Shown here in pieces: positions 8,925 through 18,900 of a DNA stretch of 64,000 nucleotides; position 1 is the first letter of the stretch, and each line of letters begins with the position of its first letter. This stretch comes from Nanobdellota archaeon (lineage in GTDB: Archaea > Nanobdellota > Nanobdellia > Woesearchaeales > UBA583), in contig JBMCRE010000001.1 in NCBI GenBank assembly GCA_048625195.1, positions 5,396-69,395 on the forward strand, in the 5' to 3' direction. Under the pieces are notes generated by a model. The model was not told the origin of the DNA. It was given only the letters and a program-made list of their open reading frames with translations, and did not search any database. The translations under genes were made by a program, and so were the position numbers.

Positions 8925-11210
8925 TTAATTCCTTGAGTAAGTTGCACTATGTTTAACATCATTATATTCATTATTTTTGTTACCATACATGTCTATTGGT
9001 ATGATATTTTTATATGTTATAGTTTCCATGTTTGTTGTAAGAACTAATAAATTACCGTCTTTTCCAACTATTTTTTGTATTGTTTTTGGTTGTTTATCAT
9101 TATATGTAATTACTAATTCTCCTTCTAATTCAAGTATATTATTATCACTATTAATTTCATTCCAATTTAAATATAATTTTTCATTTCCATTTTCATTTTT
9201 TTTTCTAATTCCATTTACTTTTATAGAGTTATATGGATGTGGAGGTTTTTTATCTTTTATAGTAATTGCAGAAAATTTTGCAGGTTGAATTATATTATCT
9301 GTGTTATCTTTTATTAATTGATAAAATGTCAAATCATCATTAACTATCTTTTTAAAATTCCACTGTTTTTTTAGTGGTTTTATTAATCCATGTTTTTGAT
9401 TATTCATAGGTATGATGTAGATGTCATAATCTTTTTCGTTTTCTAAAATTAAATTATTAGTAAAAGTTTGTGATTCAATTATATGATTATATTTATTATC
9501 ATTTTGAATTTTAACATCAGATGTTACAATAAGATTAATATCTTGAGGTTCTTTTAGACTATCTGAACCATCATAATAATGACATTTATTAGATGTTGTA
9601 TCAATACATTGTTCACTGATTAATTCTCCTTTTTCTAAGATATATAAATCATAATGATTAAAAGAAGGATCTTCATAATCTTCAATATTTAAAATTAATG
9701 TGTTTTGATATCCTTCTTCTTCTCCTGTTATAGTATTATGATTATTTATTGTTATTGGGGATGGGCCAAATAAGTTTTGAGGAATTATTTTTTTAGTTTT
9801 TCCTTCAATATTTTCTACATTATAATTTAAATTTTGATCTGTTGCAAAAACATAAACAAAAATAGGTTTTTCTTCTAATAATTCAAATGTTTCTGTATCT
9901 TTATTGTATATTTGAGATAACTTTATTTTTTTAATCTCTTTATCATTGGCGTCTTTTATAAATGTTTTATCACTAGTGGTAATTAAAGTAATTGGTTTAT
10001 TAAAATCTTTAGAAAAAAAGTATTGATTATTATTTTCACTAATACCTGTATTTTCAAAGTCGGTTGGGATTTTATTTTTTCGTAATAAGTTAGTAATTTG
10101 ATCATAATTACTACTAGATTTATCAAAAAAGTTTTCATAAGAGTATAATATTACATAACTTTTGACTTTATCATAAAATCTAGGTTTTTCAATATGTAAT
10201 TCTATTGTTTTATCTAAACCTTGAAAGTGATTCAAGTTAAAATTTAAATAACTATATGGAATATTGTCTTTTAGAATAACACCAAAATTTAATTCCTCTA
10301 TATTGTTATTATTGCTAACTATAAAATTTAATCCATAATAATTGTCACTTTGTATGTCTAAATATTTTATTTCTAAATTATATTCTTGTAAAATTTTATC
10401 ATGAAAATTATTTAAATAATTCTCAGTTATATTTGTTATACATTTTAATTCGGTATTTTCATTGTTTTCTAAACATTTAGGTATTTCTTCTTCAATTTTG
10501 GTTGATAATTGTGGAATTAAATTATTTAATCCAATTAACAATTGTGGATATAAACCTAATGTGTGATTTGTATTGTAATTTAATTCTAAGTTTAAATCTC
10601 CTATTTTCGTTTGTTCTTTATAAGATGTTTTTATTTGTAAATCAATAGAATCAATCTCTTTGTCATAGTCTATATTAATTATTGGATTGCTATTGATATT
10701 TTGTTCTTTTAATCCATTTTGTAGATTTGTAAAAAGTCTATCTTCTAAAAAATATTTATATTTTTCTATAAATTCATCATTAAATTTAGCAGAGCAATTA
10801 CTATAATGGCTGTCATTATTTTGCATATTTACATCAAGGTTTTTTTCATTGTACCATAATTCTATTCCTTGTATTTTACAACCTAAATAATTACTATCAT
10901 CTCCTCCTTGAGTCCTTTTTGATAAATCATTTAGACTTAATCCTAAAGTTTTTGCAAAATCTTTTTTAGCAGTGTTTATTGTTTTAATGGTTTCTTCTTT
11001 TTTGTAAAAATTTTCAGCAGGAATTTTTGCATTAATATTGTCTACAACTAGTATGGTAGTATTATAATCTAAATCTTTTTTTGTAACATTAACAGGTAAG
11101 ATTAAAGTTAAGATTAGAAATATAAATAAAATCAAAATTACAGGAGTTATCATTGTTAAAAATCCAATTGCTTTTTTATTGTGAATCTTGTGATTAATTG
11201 TTGTTTTCAT
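8925..11210 (-). CDS. Large (761 aa) N-terminally anchored surface protein with class III-like signal (NKKA|IGFLTMITPVILILF...)
   Basis: Single N-terminal hydrophobic segment preceded by KK-A. The remainder is N/Y/T/D-rich and has several Cys pairs (extracellular-like). Tightly packed (15 nt) after the 183-aa pilin-like gene. Confidence 0.5.
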   Translation of the reverse strand: MKTTINHKIHNKKAIGFLTMITPVILILFIFLILTLILPVNVTKKDLDYNTTILVVDNINAKIPAENFYKKEETIKTINTAKKDFAKTLGLSLNDLSKRTQGGDDSNYLGCKIQGIELWYNEKNLDVNMQNNDSHYSNCSAKFNDEFIEKYKYFLEDRLFTNLQNGLKEQNINSNPIINIDYDKEIDSIDLQIKTSYKEQTKIGDLNLELNYNTNHTLGLYPQLLIGLNNLIPQLSTKIEEEIPKCLENNENTELKCITNITENYLNNFHDKILQEYNLEIKYLDIQSDNYYGLNFIVSNNNNIEELNFGVILKDNIPYSYLNFNLNHFQGLDKTIELHIEKPRFYDKVKSYVILYSYENFFDKSSSNYDQITNLLRKNKIPTDFENTGISENNNQYFFSKDFNKPITLITTSDKTFIKDANDKEIKKIKLSQIYNKDTETFELLEEKPIFVYVFATDQNLNYNVENIEGKTKKIIPQNLFGPSPITINNHNTITGEEEGYQNTLILNIEDYEDPSFNHYDLYILEKGELISEQCIDTTSNKCHYYDGSDSLKEPQDINLIVTSDVKIQNDNKYNHIIESQTFTNNLILENEKDYDIYIIPMNNQKHGLIKPLKKQWNFKKIVNDDLTFYQLIKDNTDNIIQPAKFSAITIKDKKPPHPYNSIKVNGIRKKNENGNEKLYLNWNEINSDNNILELEGELVITYNDKQPKTIQKIVGKDGNLLVLTTNMETITYKNIIPIDMYGNKNNEYNDVKHSATYSRN

Positions 11211-11225
11211 TTTGATTATAATAGA

Positions 11226-11777
11226 TTAGTATTGTTTGAATTTTATATATGCTTTTTTATTATCATTATTAGTTTTTAGGTAAAAAAAATAATTGTTTCT
11301 TCTTATTGATGCATCTAGATTTGAGTATTGCTCTATATCATCATAATATATTAATAATAATTTGTCTTTATTGATTTCATCAGATGAGAATCTTTGATAA
11401 TAATCAACTGGAGATAAATCTTGTGTATCTTGTAAATAAGCATATTTTTGTAGATAATTTTCACGTATTTTATTAACAATTGCTTCACTTTCTTCTGTGT
11501 TAATTGCAATGAGATCCTTAACAAAAAAAGTTTGATTTTCATCTAAATTTAATTCTAACAAGTCCTTTTTCTCTATTTTAGTCATTAAAAATGAATGGAC
11601 AAAGACAGCAGGAAATTGATAATTTAATTCAGGAGCATATTCATTAAACTGTTGTTTGCTATCTAATGATAAGTTATATACAAAATATGAAATAATACCC
11701 ACACAAACAATTGCAATAATTGCAATTATAAATTCAACGTCCATTCCAAAAGCTTTTTTGTTTTTTTTAATTTTCAT
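11226..11777 (-). CDS. Pilin-like protein with class III (prepilin-type) signal peptide (MKIKKNKKA|FGMDVEFIIAIIAIV...)
   Basis: Basic n-region, a K-A cleavage-site-like motif, an acidic residue early in the hydrophobic h-region (DVEF), then a ~150-aa soluble domain. 6 nt downstream of the 572-aa gene. Confidence 0.45.
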   Translation of the reverse strand: MKIKKNKKAFGMDVEFIIAIIAIVCVGIISYFVYNLSLDSKQQFNEYAPELNYQFPAVFVHSFLMTKIEKKDLLELNLDENQTFFVKDLIAINTEESEAIVNKIRENYLQKYAYLQDTQDLSPVDYYQRFSSDEINKDKLLLIYYDDIEQYSNLDASIRRNNYFFYLKTNNDNKKAYIKFKQY

Positions 11778-11783
11778 TTTGGC

Positions 11784-13502
11784 TCAATATTGCATTAATC
11801 CATGTGTTTTTTTATATATAGAATAAAGTTTCCATACATCATCTATATTGTCGATTTTTATTTTTTTATGTTTATGAGCTTTTGAAGATGATATTGGTTG
11901 TTCTTTTCTTTGTGGTAAATTAAATTGAGGCATGAGTGGTTTAAATAATTCATAAAACCCTTTGAAAGGTCCTAAAAACATAGTCATATCTATATCTTCT
12001 TTAGAATATTTGTTTTGATTATTACTGTAAGTAGTATTTTGATTATTGCTGAAGTTAAGGTTTTCTTTGTTATCAAAATAATTAGTATAATATAATAATT
12101 CTTCTTTTATTGTTGTTAGCTCTGAGATAAAATTTTCTAATAAATCTAAATTTTCATCTTTGATTTGTTGTCTGTAACTTGCAATTTCAAATAAGTTCCA
12201 ACAAAAACCTTTAAATTTTATTGAGTTTTTCATCCAAGGTACTTGTTGTATACCTTGTTGAGATTGTATTGCTTCTGTTCTTCTAATTTGATTAAATTCT
12301 AATTGTATACATGAAAATTTTGATAAATCATCTTTGTCTAATAATTTTTGTTGTAAATTTTGAAATTCTTTATGAGTGATTTCTTTCTTGTCGCTTGGAT
12401 AAAATATGTATTTTCCTTGATTTTCTCCTGCAATAAAACCACTTTTTCCTTTGAATTTTCCTTGAAATATTTCTTTCTCTATATATAATCCATATTTTGT
12501 AAATTCTAAGGCATTAAATTTATATCCTCCTCTTTCAAATCCTTTTATTCCTAAAGTTTTAACATACCATATTGAGGAATCAAATAATGAAACTAAGTCT
12601 GGATGCTCTGCTTCAAACCCTCTATGTAAATTATCATACCCAAGGCGTTCAGTTCGTTTTTTTATTTCCATTAATAAAGGTTTCATTATATTGATATGCA
12701 TTTGAATTGTGGAATACATTTGTTTTAGACTTGTAACTTTTATTTTGAATGTTGTTTGAGTATCTTTTATAGCTGAAGGTAGCCAATAATAAAATCTATA
12801 CATCATTCTTGCGGCAGCTTCTTTTGCATCTTTTGTAATATCTATTGAATAAATATTTTCATCGAGTTGTTCTTTTAATGTTTTATTAGTTTGAAATGGG
12901 TCGTCTAGAGATGTTCCAAAAAATAATTGTGGAAGTAATGTAAAATCTAGTCCTTGTTCGGCTGAAGATCTTTGCATTTGCCATAGTCTTCCTCCATCTA
13001 CTTCATTTACCCATTTATCTTTTAGATGCGAGATTGCTTCATTTCTTTCATCTCTTGCTTTTTTTAATTCTTTATTGTCATTATTTGTCCCTTTAGACTT
13101 TAATTCTTGAACAATTTTATCATTTTGAGTAACTTGGTTTATCCATTTATAATAAAAATCTGCCTGTTTAACTTCCTTGAGTAATGGGAATAAATGAACT
13201 TTTATTAGTTGAATTATTTGATTCAAATTTTCTTGAAATGCTCTGATGGTTCCTCCCTTTATTTGTCTAAGCTGCATTCCCAGTTGAGAATTTTCTGTAA
13301 AATGATGGTAATCTTCTAATTTTAACGTTGTATATCCTTTTCCTGTATAATATGCAAAATTAAAAAACCAATAATAACTTTCTGTTATGTCTTCGTTATA
13401 ACCTTCAAATCTGATTTCTTTATCAATAACAGCATTACTTCTAGTGGCATTTTTTATCATTTCATCTGCCTTACTTTGAAAATTTAAAGAATCATCATAC
13501 AT
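11784..13502 (-). CDS. Hypothetical cytoplasmic protein (572 aa), first gene of the surface-protein operon
   Basis: No TM or signal. No Walker motif (GKGYTT is not a P-loop). No recognisable domain. Co-directional and tightly linked with 11226 and 8925. Confidence 0.45.
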   Translation of the reverse strand: MYDDSLNFQSKADEMIKNATRSNAVIDKEIRFEGYNEDITESYYWFFNFAYYTGKGYTTLKLEDYHHFTENSQLGMQLRQIKGGTIRAFQENLNQIIQLIKVHLFPLLKEVKQADFYYKWINQVTQNDKIVQELKSKGTNNDNKELKKARDERNEAISHLKDKWVNEVDGGRLWQMQRSSAEQGLDFTLLPQLFFGTSLDDPFQTNKTLKEQLDENIYSIDITKDAKEAAARMMYRFYYWLPSAIKDTQTTFKIKVTSLKQMYSTIQMHINIMKPLLMEIKKRTERLGYDNLHRGFEAEHPDLVSLFDSSIWYVKTLGIKGFERGGYKFNALEFTKYGLYIEKEIFQGKFKGKSGFIAGENQGKYIFYPSDKKEITHKEFQNLQQKLLDKDDLSKFSCIQLEFNQIRRTEAIQSQQGIQQVPWMKNSIKFKGFCWNLFEIASYRQQIKDENLDLLENFISELTTIKEELLYYTNYFDNKENLNFSNNQNTTYSNNQNKYSKEDIDMTMFLGPFKGFYELFKPLMPQFNLPQRKEQPISSSKAHKHKKIKIDNIDDVWKLYSIYKKTHGLMQY

Positions 13503-13619
13503 TTTATATTATATTTAGATTATTTAGTATTTTAGTAGTTTAGTTTTAACTATTAAGGAGTATTTTTTATAATTTAAAAAAGTGGTTAATTTTATAAAAA
13601 CAACTTTTTTAATTTTTTT

Positions 13620-14441
13620 ATGAGTTTTAATATTTTTACAGATGGTGCATCAAGAGGAAATCCAGGAAAAGCTGGAATTGGTATTGTTATATATAAAAAT
13701 GATAAATGTATAGAAGAAATTAGTGATTTTATTGGTAATAAAACTAATAATGAAGCAGAGTATTTTGCAATAATTAGAGCATTAGAAAAATTATTAGAAT
13801 TAAATAGTAATAATAAAGCAAATTTGTTTAGTGATTCCGAATTATTAATTAAACAAATTAATGGGATTTATAAGGTTAAATCAAAAAATCTTATTGAATT
13901 AAATAACAAAGTAAGATTATTATTAAAAAAATTAGATGTGAATTTTGTGTGGATACCAAGAGAAGAAAATAAAATAGCTGATTTATTAGCAAATAAAGGA
14001 ATTGATATTAATAAAAGTAGTAATAAAGGCAATGTAAGTCAATTTGATAGATTTAAAAATAAACTTAATAATCAAGATTCAATCTTAAATGAATTATTAA
14101 TTGATAAATCTTTTTTTGGAAAAATTAATTGTTTTAAAATTCAATTGAATAATAATTTAGAAGTTTATTTTCATATGGGTTTATTAAAAAATAATAAGTG
14201 GGATTGGAAAAAAGTTAAAATGTCTGATGTTGAACTTGGACAAATAATTCATTTATTAAAGCATAATGAAGGTAAAGTAGCTTTTTTTCATAAATTTAAT
14301 CAAAATAAAACTCAAATTTGGTGTAATAAAGCTATTGATAGGTTTTCTATAAAAATTGATGAATATTCTAAGAATTTTACGATAGGAGAGTTTGAAGCTT
14401 TAAATATTATTATTGAAGAATGTATTAGAAGAAGGATTTGA
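13620..14441 (+). CDS. rnhA: Ribonuclease HI with ~140-aa C-terminal extension
   Basis: DGASRGNPGKAGIGIVI (first catalytic Asp), TNNEAEYFAIIRAL (catalytic Glu), SDSELLIKQINGIYK (catalytic Asp), WIPREENKIADLLAN (catalytic Asp). The extra C-terminal domain has no known motif. Confidence 0.8.
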   Translation: MSFNIFTDGASRGNPGKAGIGIVIYKNDKCIEEISDFIGNKTNNEAEYFAIIRALEKLLELNSNNKANLFSDSELLIKQINGIYKVKSKNLIELNNKVRLLLKKLDVNFVWIPREENKIADLLANKGIDINKSSNKGNVSQFDRFKNKLNNQDSILNELLIDKSFFGKINCFKIQLNNNLEVYFHMGLLKNNKWDWKKVKMSDVELGQIIHLLKHNEGKVAFFHKFNQNKTQIWCNKAIDRFSIKIDEYSKNFTIGEFEALNIIIEECIRRRI

Positions 14442-14523
14442 AGTCAGAAAAAATATAAAAAGTTTAAAAAGGCAATAATTATTAAAGAACTGAAGAGATT
14501 TTTGTCTTTTAATCTTTTAAATT

Positions 14524-15027
14524 TTATTTTATTTCGATATAATTTTGATTTTTCTTTTTATGTTTTTTAGAAAATAAATTTATATTTTTAATTTTTTCTT
14601 TTAATGAAATTTTGTTTTTAATTTTTAATTCAAGATTGTTTTTTTTTGAAGGGGTGATTTTATGTATAGTATGTTTGAGGTTTCTTTTTGATTTTTCTTT
14701 GTATTTTTTGATTTTTTGATTTTCAATATAATTACTAATTTTTCTTACAATAAAACTTCTATTATATACTATATATAAACCTACTGTAAATGAAAATACA
14801 GCTGTTATTATCATATTTACAAATTTAGAAAATATCATTAAAGTTACAAAATATATCAATACTATAGCTAAAACACTAATTAGATATAATGTGATATTTA
14901 ACCGAAGATAATGTGTATTATCTAAAAAAAAATCAATTTTTTTTTTAGCTTTATTTTTTCTTCTCATAAAAATGATGAAAACTTGTTTGTTTTTAAACAT
15001 TTCGTATTGTTGGTATATGCACATCAA
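14524..15027 (-). CDS. Small membrane protein (2 TM), K-rich tail, hypothetical
   Basis: Hydrophobic helices LISVLAIVLIYFVTLMIF and ITAVFSFTVGLYIVY. No motif. The start is probably a downstream Met. Confidence 0.3.
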   Translation of the reverse strand: MMCIYQQYEMFKNKQVFIIFMRRKNKAKKKIDFFLDNTHYLRLNITLYLISVLAIVLIYFVTLMIFSKFVNMIITAVFSFTVGLYIVYNRSFIVRKISNYIENQKIKKYKEKSKRNLKHTIHKITPSKKNNLELKIKNKISLKEKIKNINLFSKKHKKKNQNYIEIK

Positions 15028-15039
15028 TTATTTAAAAAT

Positions 15040-15702
15040 TTAAAAATATTGTCTTATAATGTTTTCTAATAACATAGAATATTGATAAGGACTAGGGTTG
15101 TTTGAAGTATCAAAATTAAATAAAATTCCTTGTTTTGTTGTATTTTGAGCATATTGTATTTTTTCTTTTTTTTCTTTAAAAGTTAATTGGAAACTTGATT
15201 TTTGTTTAAATTCATGTTTTGAAGTTTGTTCTTGTCTTGCTCTTTGATATTGTACCTCTTTAGATACAGACATTAATAGTACATTATTTTGTGTGATTTG
15301 ATATAAATTATTTTCTGCTAAAAGAGCAGCTTCTAATAAGATTAATCCGTTTTGTATTTGGTTTACATTATGTTGTATTATATTTTTACAATTTTTTTCC
15401 ATGAATTTATTATAAAGTGTTGATTTATATTCGTCGTTAAAAATTAATTTTTGTAATTTTGTTGTGTTTATTGAACTGTCTGCAAGTAAAAGATTTGAAC
15501 GAAATAAATCTACAAGTTCTTCTCTTATGTGTAAATATTCTTTATTAGAGCTTAAAATTTGTGACCCTAATTCGTCATACGATATATGTAATGCTTGTAA
15601 TTTATATTTATTAGTTGCAATATTAACTAAAATTTTTGATGCATAACTTTTTCCTGAATATTTCTCTCCAGTGATACCAAGTAAGATTTTATTATTGAAC
15701 AT
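15040..15702 (-). CDS. P-loop nucleoside/nucleotide kinase-like protein (dephospho-CoA kinase / CoaE-like N-terminus)
   Basis: ILLGITGEKYSGKSYASKIL is a GxTGxxxSGKS Walker A at the extreme N-terminus, as in CoaE/uridine kinase-like enzymes. The rest is unassigned. Confidence 0.4.
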   Translation of the reverse strand: MFNNKILLGITGEKYSGKSYASKILVNIATNKYKLQALHISYDELGSQILSSNKEYLHIREELVDLFRSNLLLADSSINTTKLQKLIFNDEYKSTLYNKFMEKNCKNIIQHNVNQIQNGLILLEAALLAENNLYQITQNNVLLMSVSKEVQYQRARQEQTSKHEFKQKSSFQLTFKEKKEKIQYAQNTTKQGILFNFDTSNNPSPYQYSMLLENIIRQYF

Positions 15703-15989
15703 TTTTTATTGTTTTGGTAATGTATTTAATTTTAATTATCTGTTTTGAAGATTTATATCTTAATAATTAAATATATAAATTATATAAATGTATAATTAAT
15801 AAGGATTTAGATAATTTATATTATAGTATTTAAGTTTTCTTATCCTTTATTAAAACTTATTAAAAATTAAATTTTGTTTTAATTTATAAATTTAACTCAG
15901 CATTGTAAATACTATAGGAATACGACAACTATTAACTACTTTAAAATTATTGCTAATTCATATAAGAAATAGATTTATGTTTAAAATAT

Positions 15990-18900
15990 ATGAATAACAC
16001 TAGAGATGATTTTGCAAAGAAGAATAAGGGAAAACATAAAGAAAAACATCACGTTGAAATAAATAAAAAAGATGATGATTCTTTGAAAGTTAACAAGAAT
16101 ATGAACATTCTTGAAGAGAGTTTAGATATGACTAAAAAACTTAAATTAGAAATCAAAAAAATACATAGTTCTAAAGAACAGTTGAAAAAACATTTAGAAT
16201 CTTTACAAAAAAGAATAGATAAACATGAAATTTCTAAAAATATTAGTAATAAAAATGTTGATAAAGAGGATATTTCTTCAAACGTTTTATCTCATCTAAA
16301 ACAAGAGATTGAAAAGGATTTTGAACCTATTTTTGAAAAATATGATATTAATTTTGCAAAAGAAAATATTTTAAATGAAGTTAATGATACTATTGAATCT
16401 CAATTTCAAAAACTAAAGTCACAAATTGATTCTTCTAATTTTAAAGAAAAAAGATATAATACACAAAAGCTTTCTGATTTAGAAGCTAGAGTATTAGAAT
16501 CATTGAGTGAAAATAAAAAATTAAATGAAGAAATTAAAAAAATTCAAAAATCTGCAAAAAATTTAAAATTATCTCAAGAAATTGAAACAAAAATTTATGA
16601 AGTAGTTTCTAAGTTTAATAAAAAGTATTTTAAGATGCTTGATGCTAATACTATTGAAGTTGAAGAAATCAAACAAGATACTCTAAAAATTGATAAACAA
16701 ATCTCTAAAGTAAAAAAAGTGTTACAAGAAGAGTTTAAAGAAAAAAATACTGACATTGCATCTATACGATCAAAAATTACAAATTTAGAGAAAGACAATG
16801 AATCTATAAAAAAACTACTCGAACGATATGAAAATGATTTATACAATAAATCAAACCAAGAGTTTGTTAAAATAGAGAGTAAAATTCAAAAAGCATTTGA
16901 AAAAAAGTTGACTAATTATAGTGAAAAATTAAATGAGAATTTGTCAAATAAAATATTTGATTCTTTAGAAGAATTAAAAAAATTAAAATTAAATATTGAG
17001 AAACAAACTGATAAAATTAAAACTGATTTTTTAAATCAAAAAAATTCTCAAGAGGATTTTTTAATAACTAAATATAATCAAATTATAGATAATATAGAGT
17101 ATACAAAGAATAAAATTGCAGATGAGAATAAAAAAGAACTTTCATTGATTAGAGATGATGTTTTAAATCGAATAAAAGATGATGTTAAAAATAAAATTGA
17201 AAAACTAATTTTAAAATATAAGGATGAAAAATTAAATTTTGAGAATGAATTAAATTCATATAAAAATGAGCTTGAAAAGACATCTCGAAAATCTATTAAC
17301 GATATTTTAAAGAAAACTCAAGAATTAAAATTTTCAAAACAAGATATTGATAAATTTGTTGATAATATAAAAGAAGAGGTAGTAGAGCAAAATAAGAAAT
17401 TTGAAGAATTCAAAAATAATTTAATGCTTGAAAATAAAGAAAATAAATCTAACTTAATTGATGAAATTTCTAAAAAAGAGGCAAAAAGTAAGGCAGAAAT
17501 TAATGATTTAATTAATAGTACTAAAGAAGAGATTTCTTCACAAATTGTATCTAATAATGAATTTTTAAACAAAATAAATGTTGATAATAAAAAGAATAAA
17601 GAAGAAATATTTGAACAAATAGATTCTAAATTTTTAAAAACAAACGAACAATATAATCAAGAATTTAACTCTCAAATGCTTTTATTTAATAGAAAAATTG
17701 AAGAAAAAGAACAAGAATTTGAAAATAAATTGCAAGAAATTGAAAATCAAGAAAATAAAATTATTGAAGAATTGAATGAATATAAAACCAATCTTGGAGA
17801 ACTAACTAAAAATTATATTGATCAATTAGATAAAGAATTACAAAATTTAAAAAGAACTGAAGCTAATTTCGAAGATGAAGTTCATGCTTATTCAATAAAA
17901 ATTGATGAATTAACTAAAATCAAAAAATTAGAATTAACTGATCATACTCAAGAGTTACAAAAAGAGTTAAAATATATTTTAGAGGAACAAAAAAATAAAT
18001 TTGAAGTTAATGAAAATAATTTTAAAGAAATTTTTAGAGAAAAAATAAATAATTTAAATGATACAATTAATCATAGATTAGATAAAATAGAAAAAACAAT
18101 TTATGATAAAAGTTTAGAAAAAATTGAAAAAAAAATATCTAAAGAACTTGAAATTTTTAAAACCTATGAGCAAACAATTGAATTAAAAGAATCAGAATTA
18201 AGCAAAAAAATTGATTCAATAAATGATGAACATGAACTTATTATGGCTGACATAGAAGTTGCTAAAAATACTTTAAAAGATAAGATAGAAGAAAAACTAA
18301 ATCAAACAGATAAAGAAATAAAAAATAAGTTTTTAGATTATGATTCGGATTTTTCTAATTTTAAACATTTAATTGTTGATGAAATTGAGGACTTTATAAA
18401 AGAGATTGATACTAAATTTATAAACTATGACTCATCATTGCAAAAATTTAAGACAGCTATTATAGATGAAGTTGAAGGTTTTGTTAAACAAATTCATCAA
18501 GATACAACAAGTAAAACTCAAAAAGTAGAAAGTACAATGACAAAGCTTAACTTTACAAATACTCAAATTAATGAGACATTTTCAAAATTGAAAAACTTTG
18601 AAGAAATTTTTAATAATCAAATTGACGGATTAAAATTACAAATAAAAAATAATGAAGAGAAGATAAATCAATTAAATTTAGATACTGCAAAAGAATATTC
18701 AAATAAAAATATTTTGTATGATATTTCAGTTCCAAAAATGTCTAACAATCAGGATGATATTAATAGTGAAATAGAAAAATTAAGACTTGAAATTCAAAAT
18801 AATAAAAAAAAGATTAATAATATCGATTCAAATTATTATGTAGATAATTATCAAAATAGAGGTGATTCGAATTTAGAATCTTTAGGATTTGATATTAAGA

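Noticed and set aside
8977-9288. Track ORF 103 aa (+) inside the 761-aa surface-protein gene
   Set aside because: Hydrophobic or low-complexity antisense shadow.
11351-11542. Track ORF 63 aa (-) overlapping the 183-aa pilin-like gene in another frame
   Set aside because: Alternative frame of the same strand with K/I/L low complexity. The longer frame has the signal peptide and is preferred.
15464-15646. Track ORF 60 aa (+) inside the P-loop kinase-like gene
   Set aside because: Antisense shadow.
16595-17572. Track ORFs 16595..16846(-) and 17318..17572(-) inside the coiled-coil gene
   Set aside because: S/F/L-rich antisense readings of the K/E-rich coiled-coil gene.
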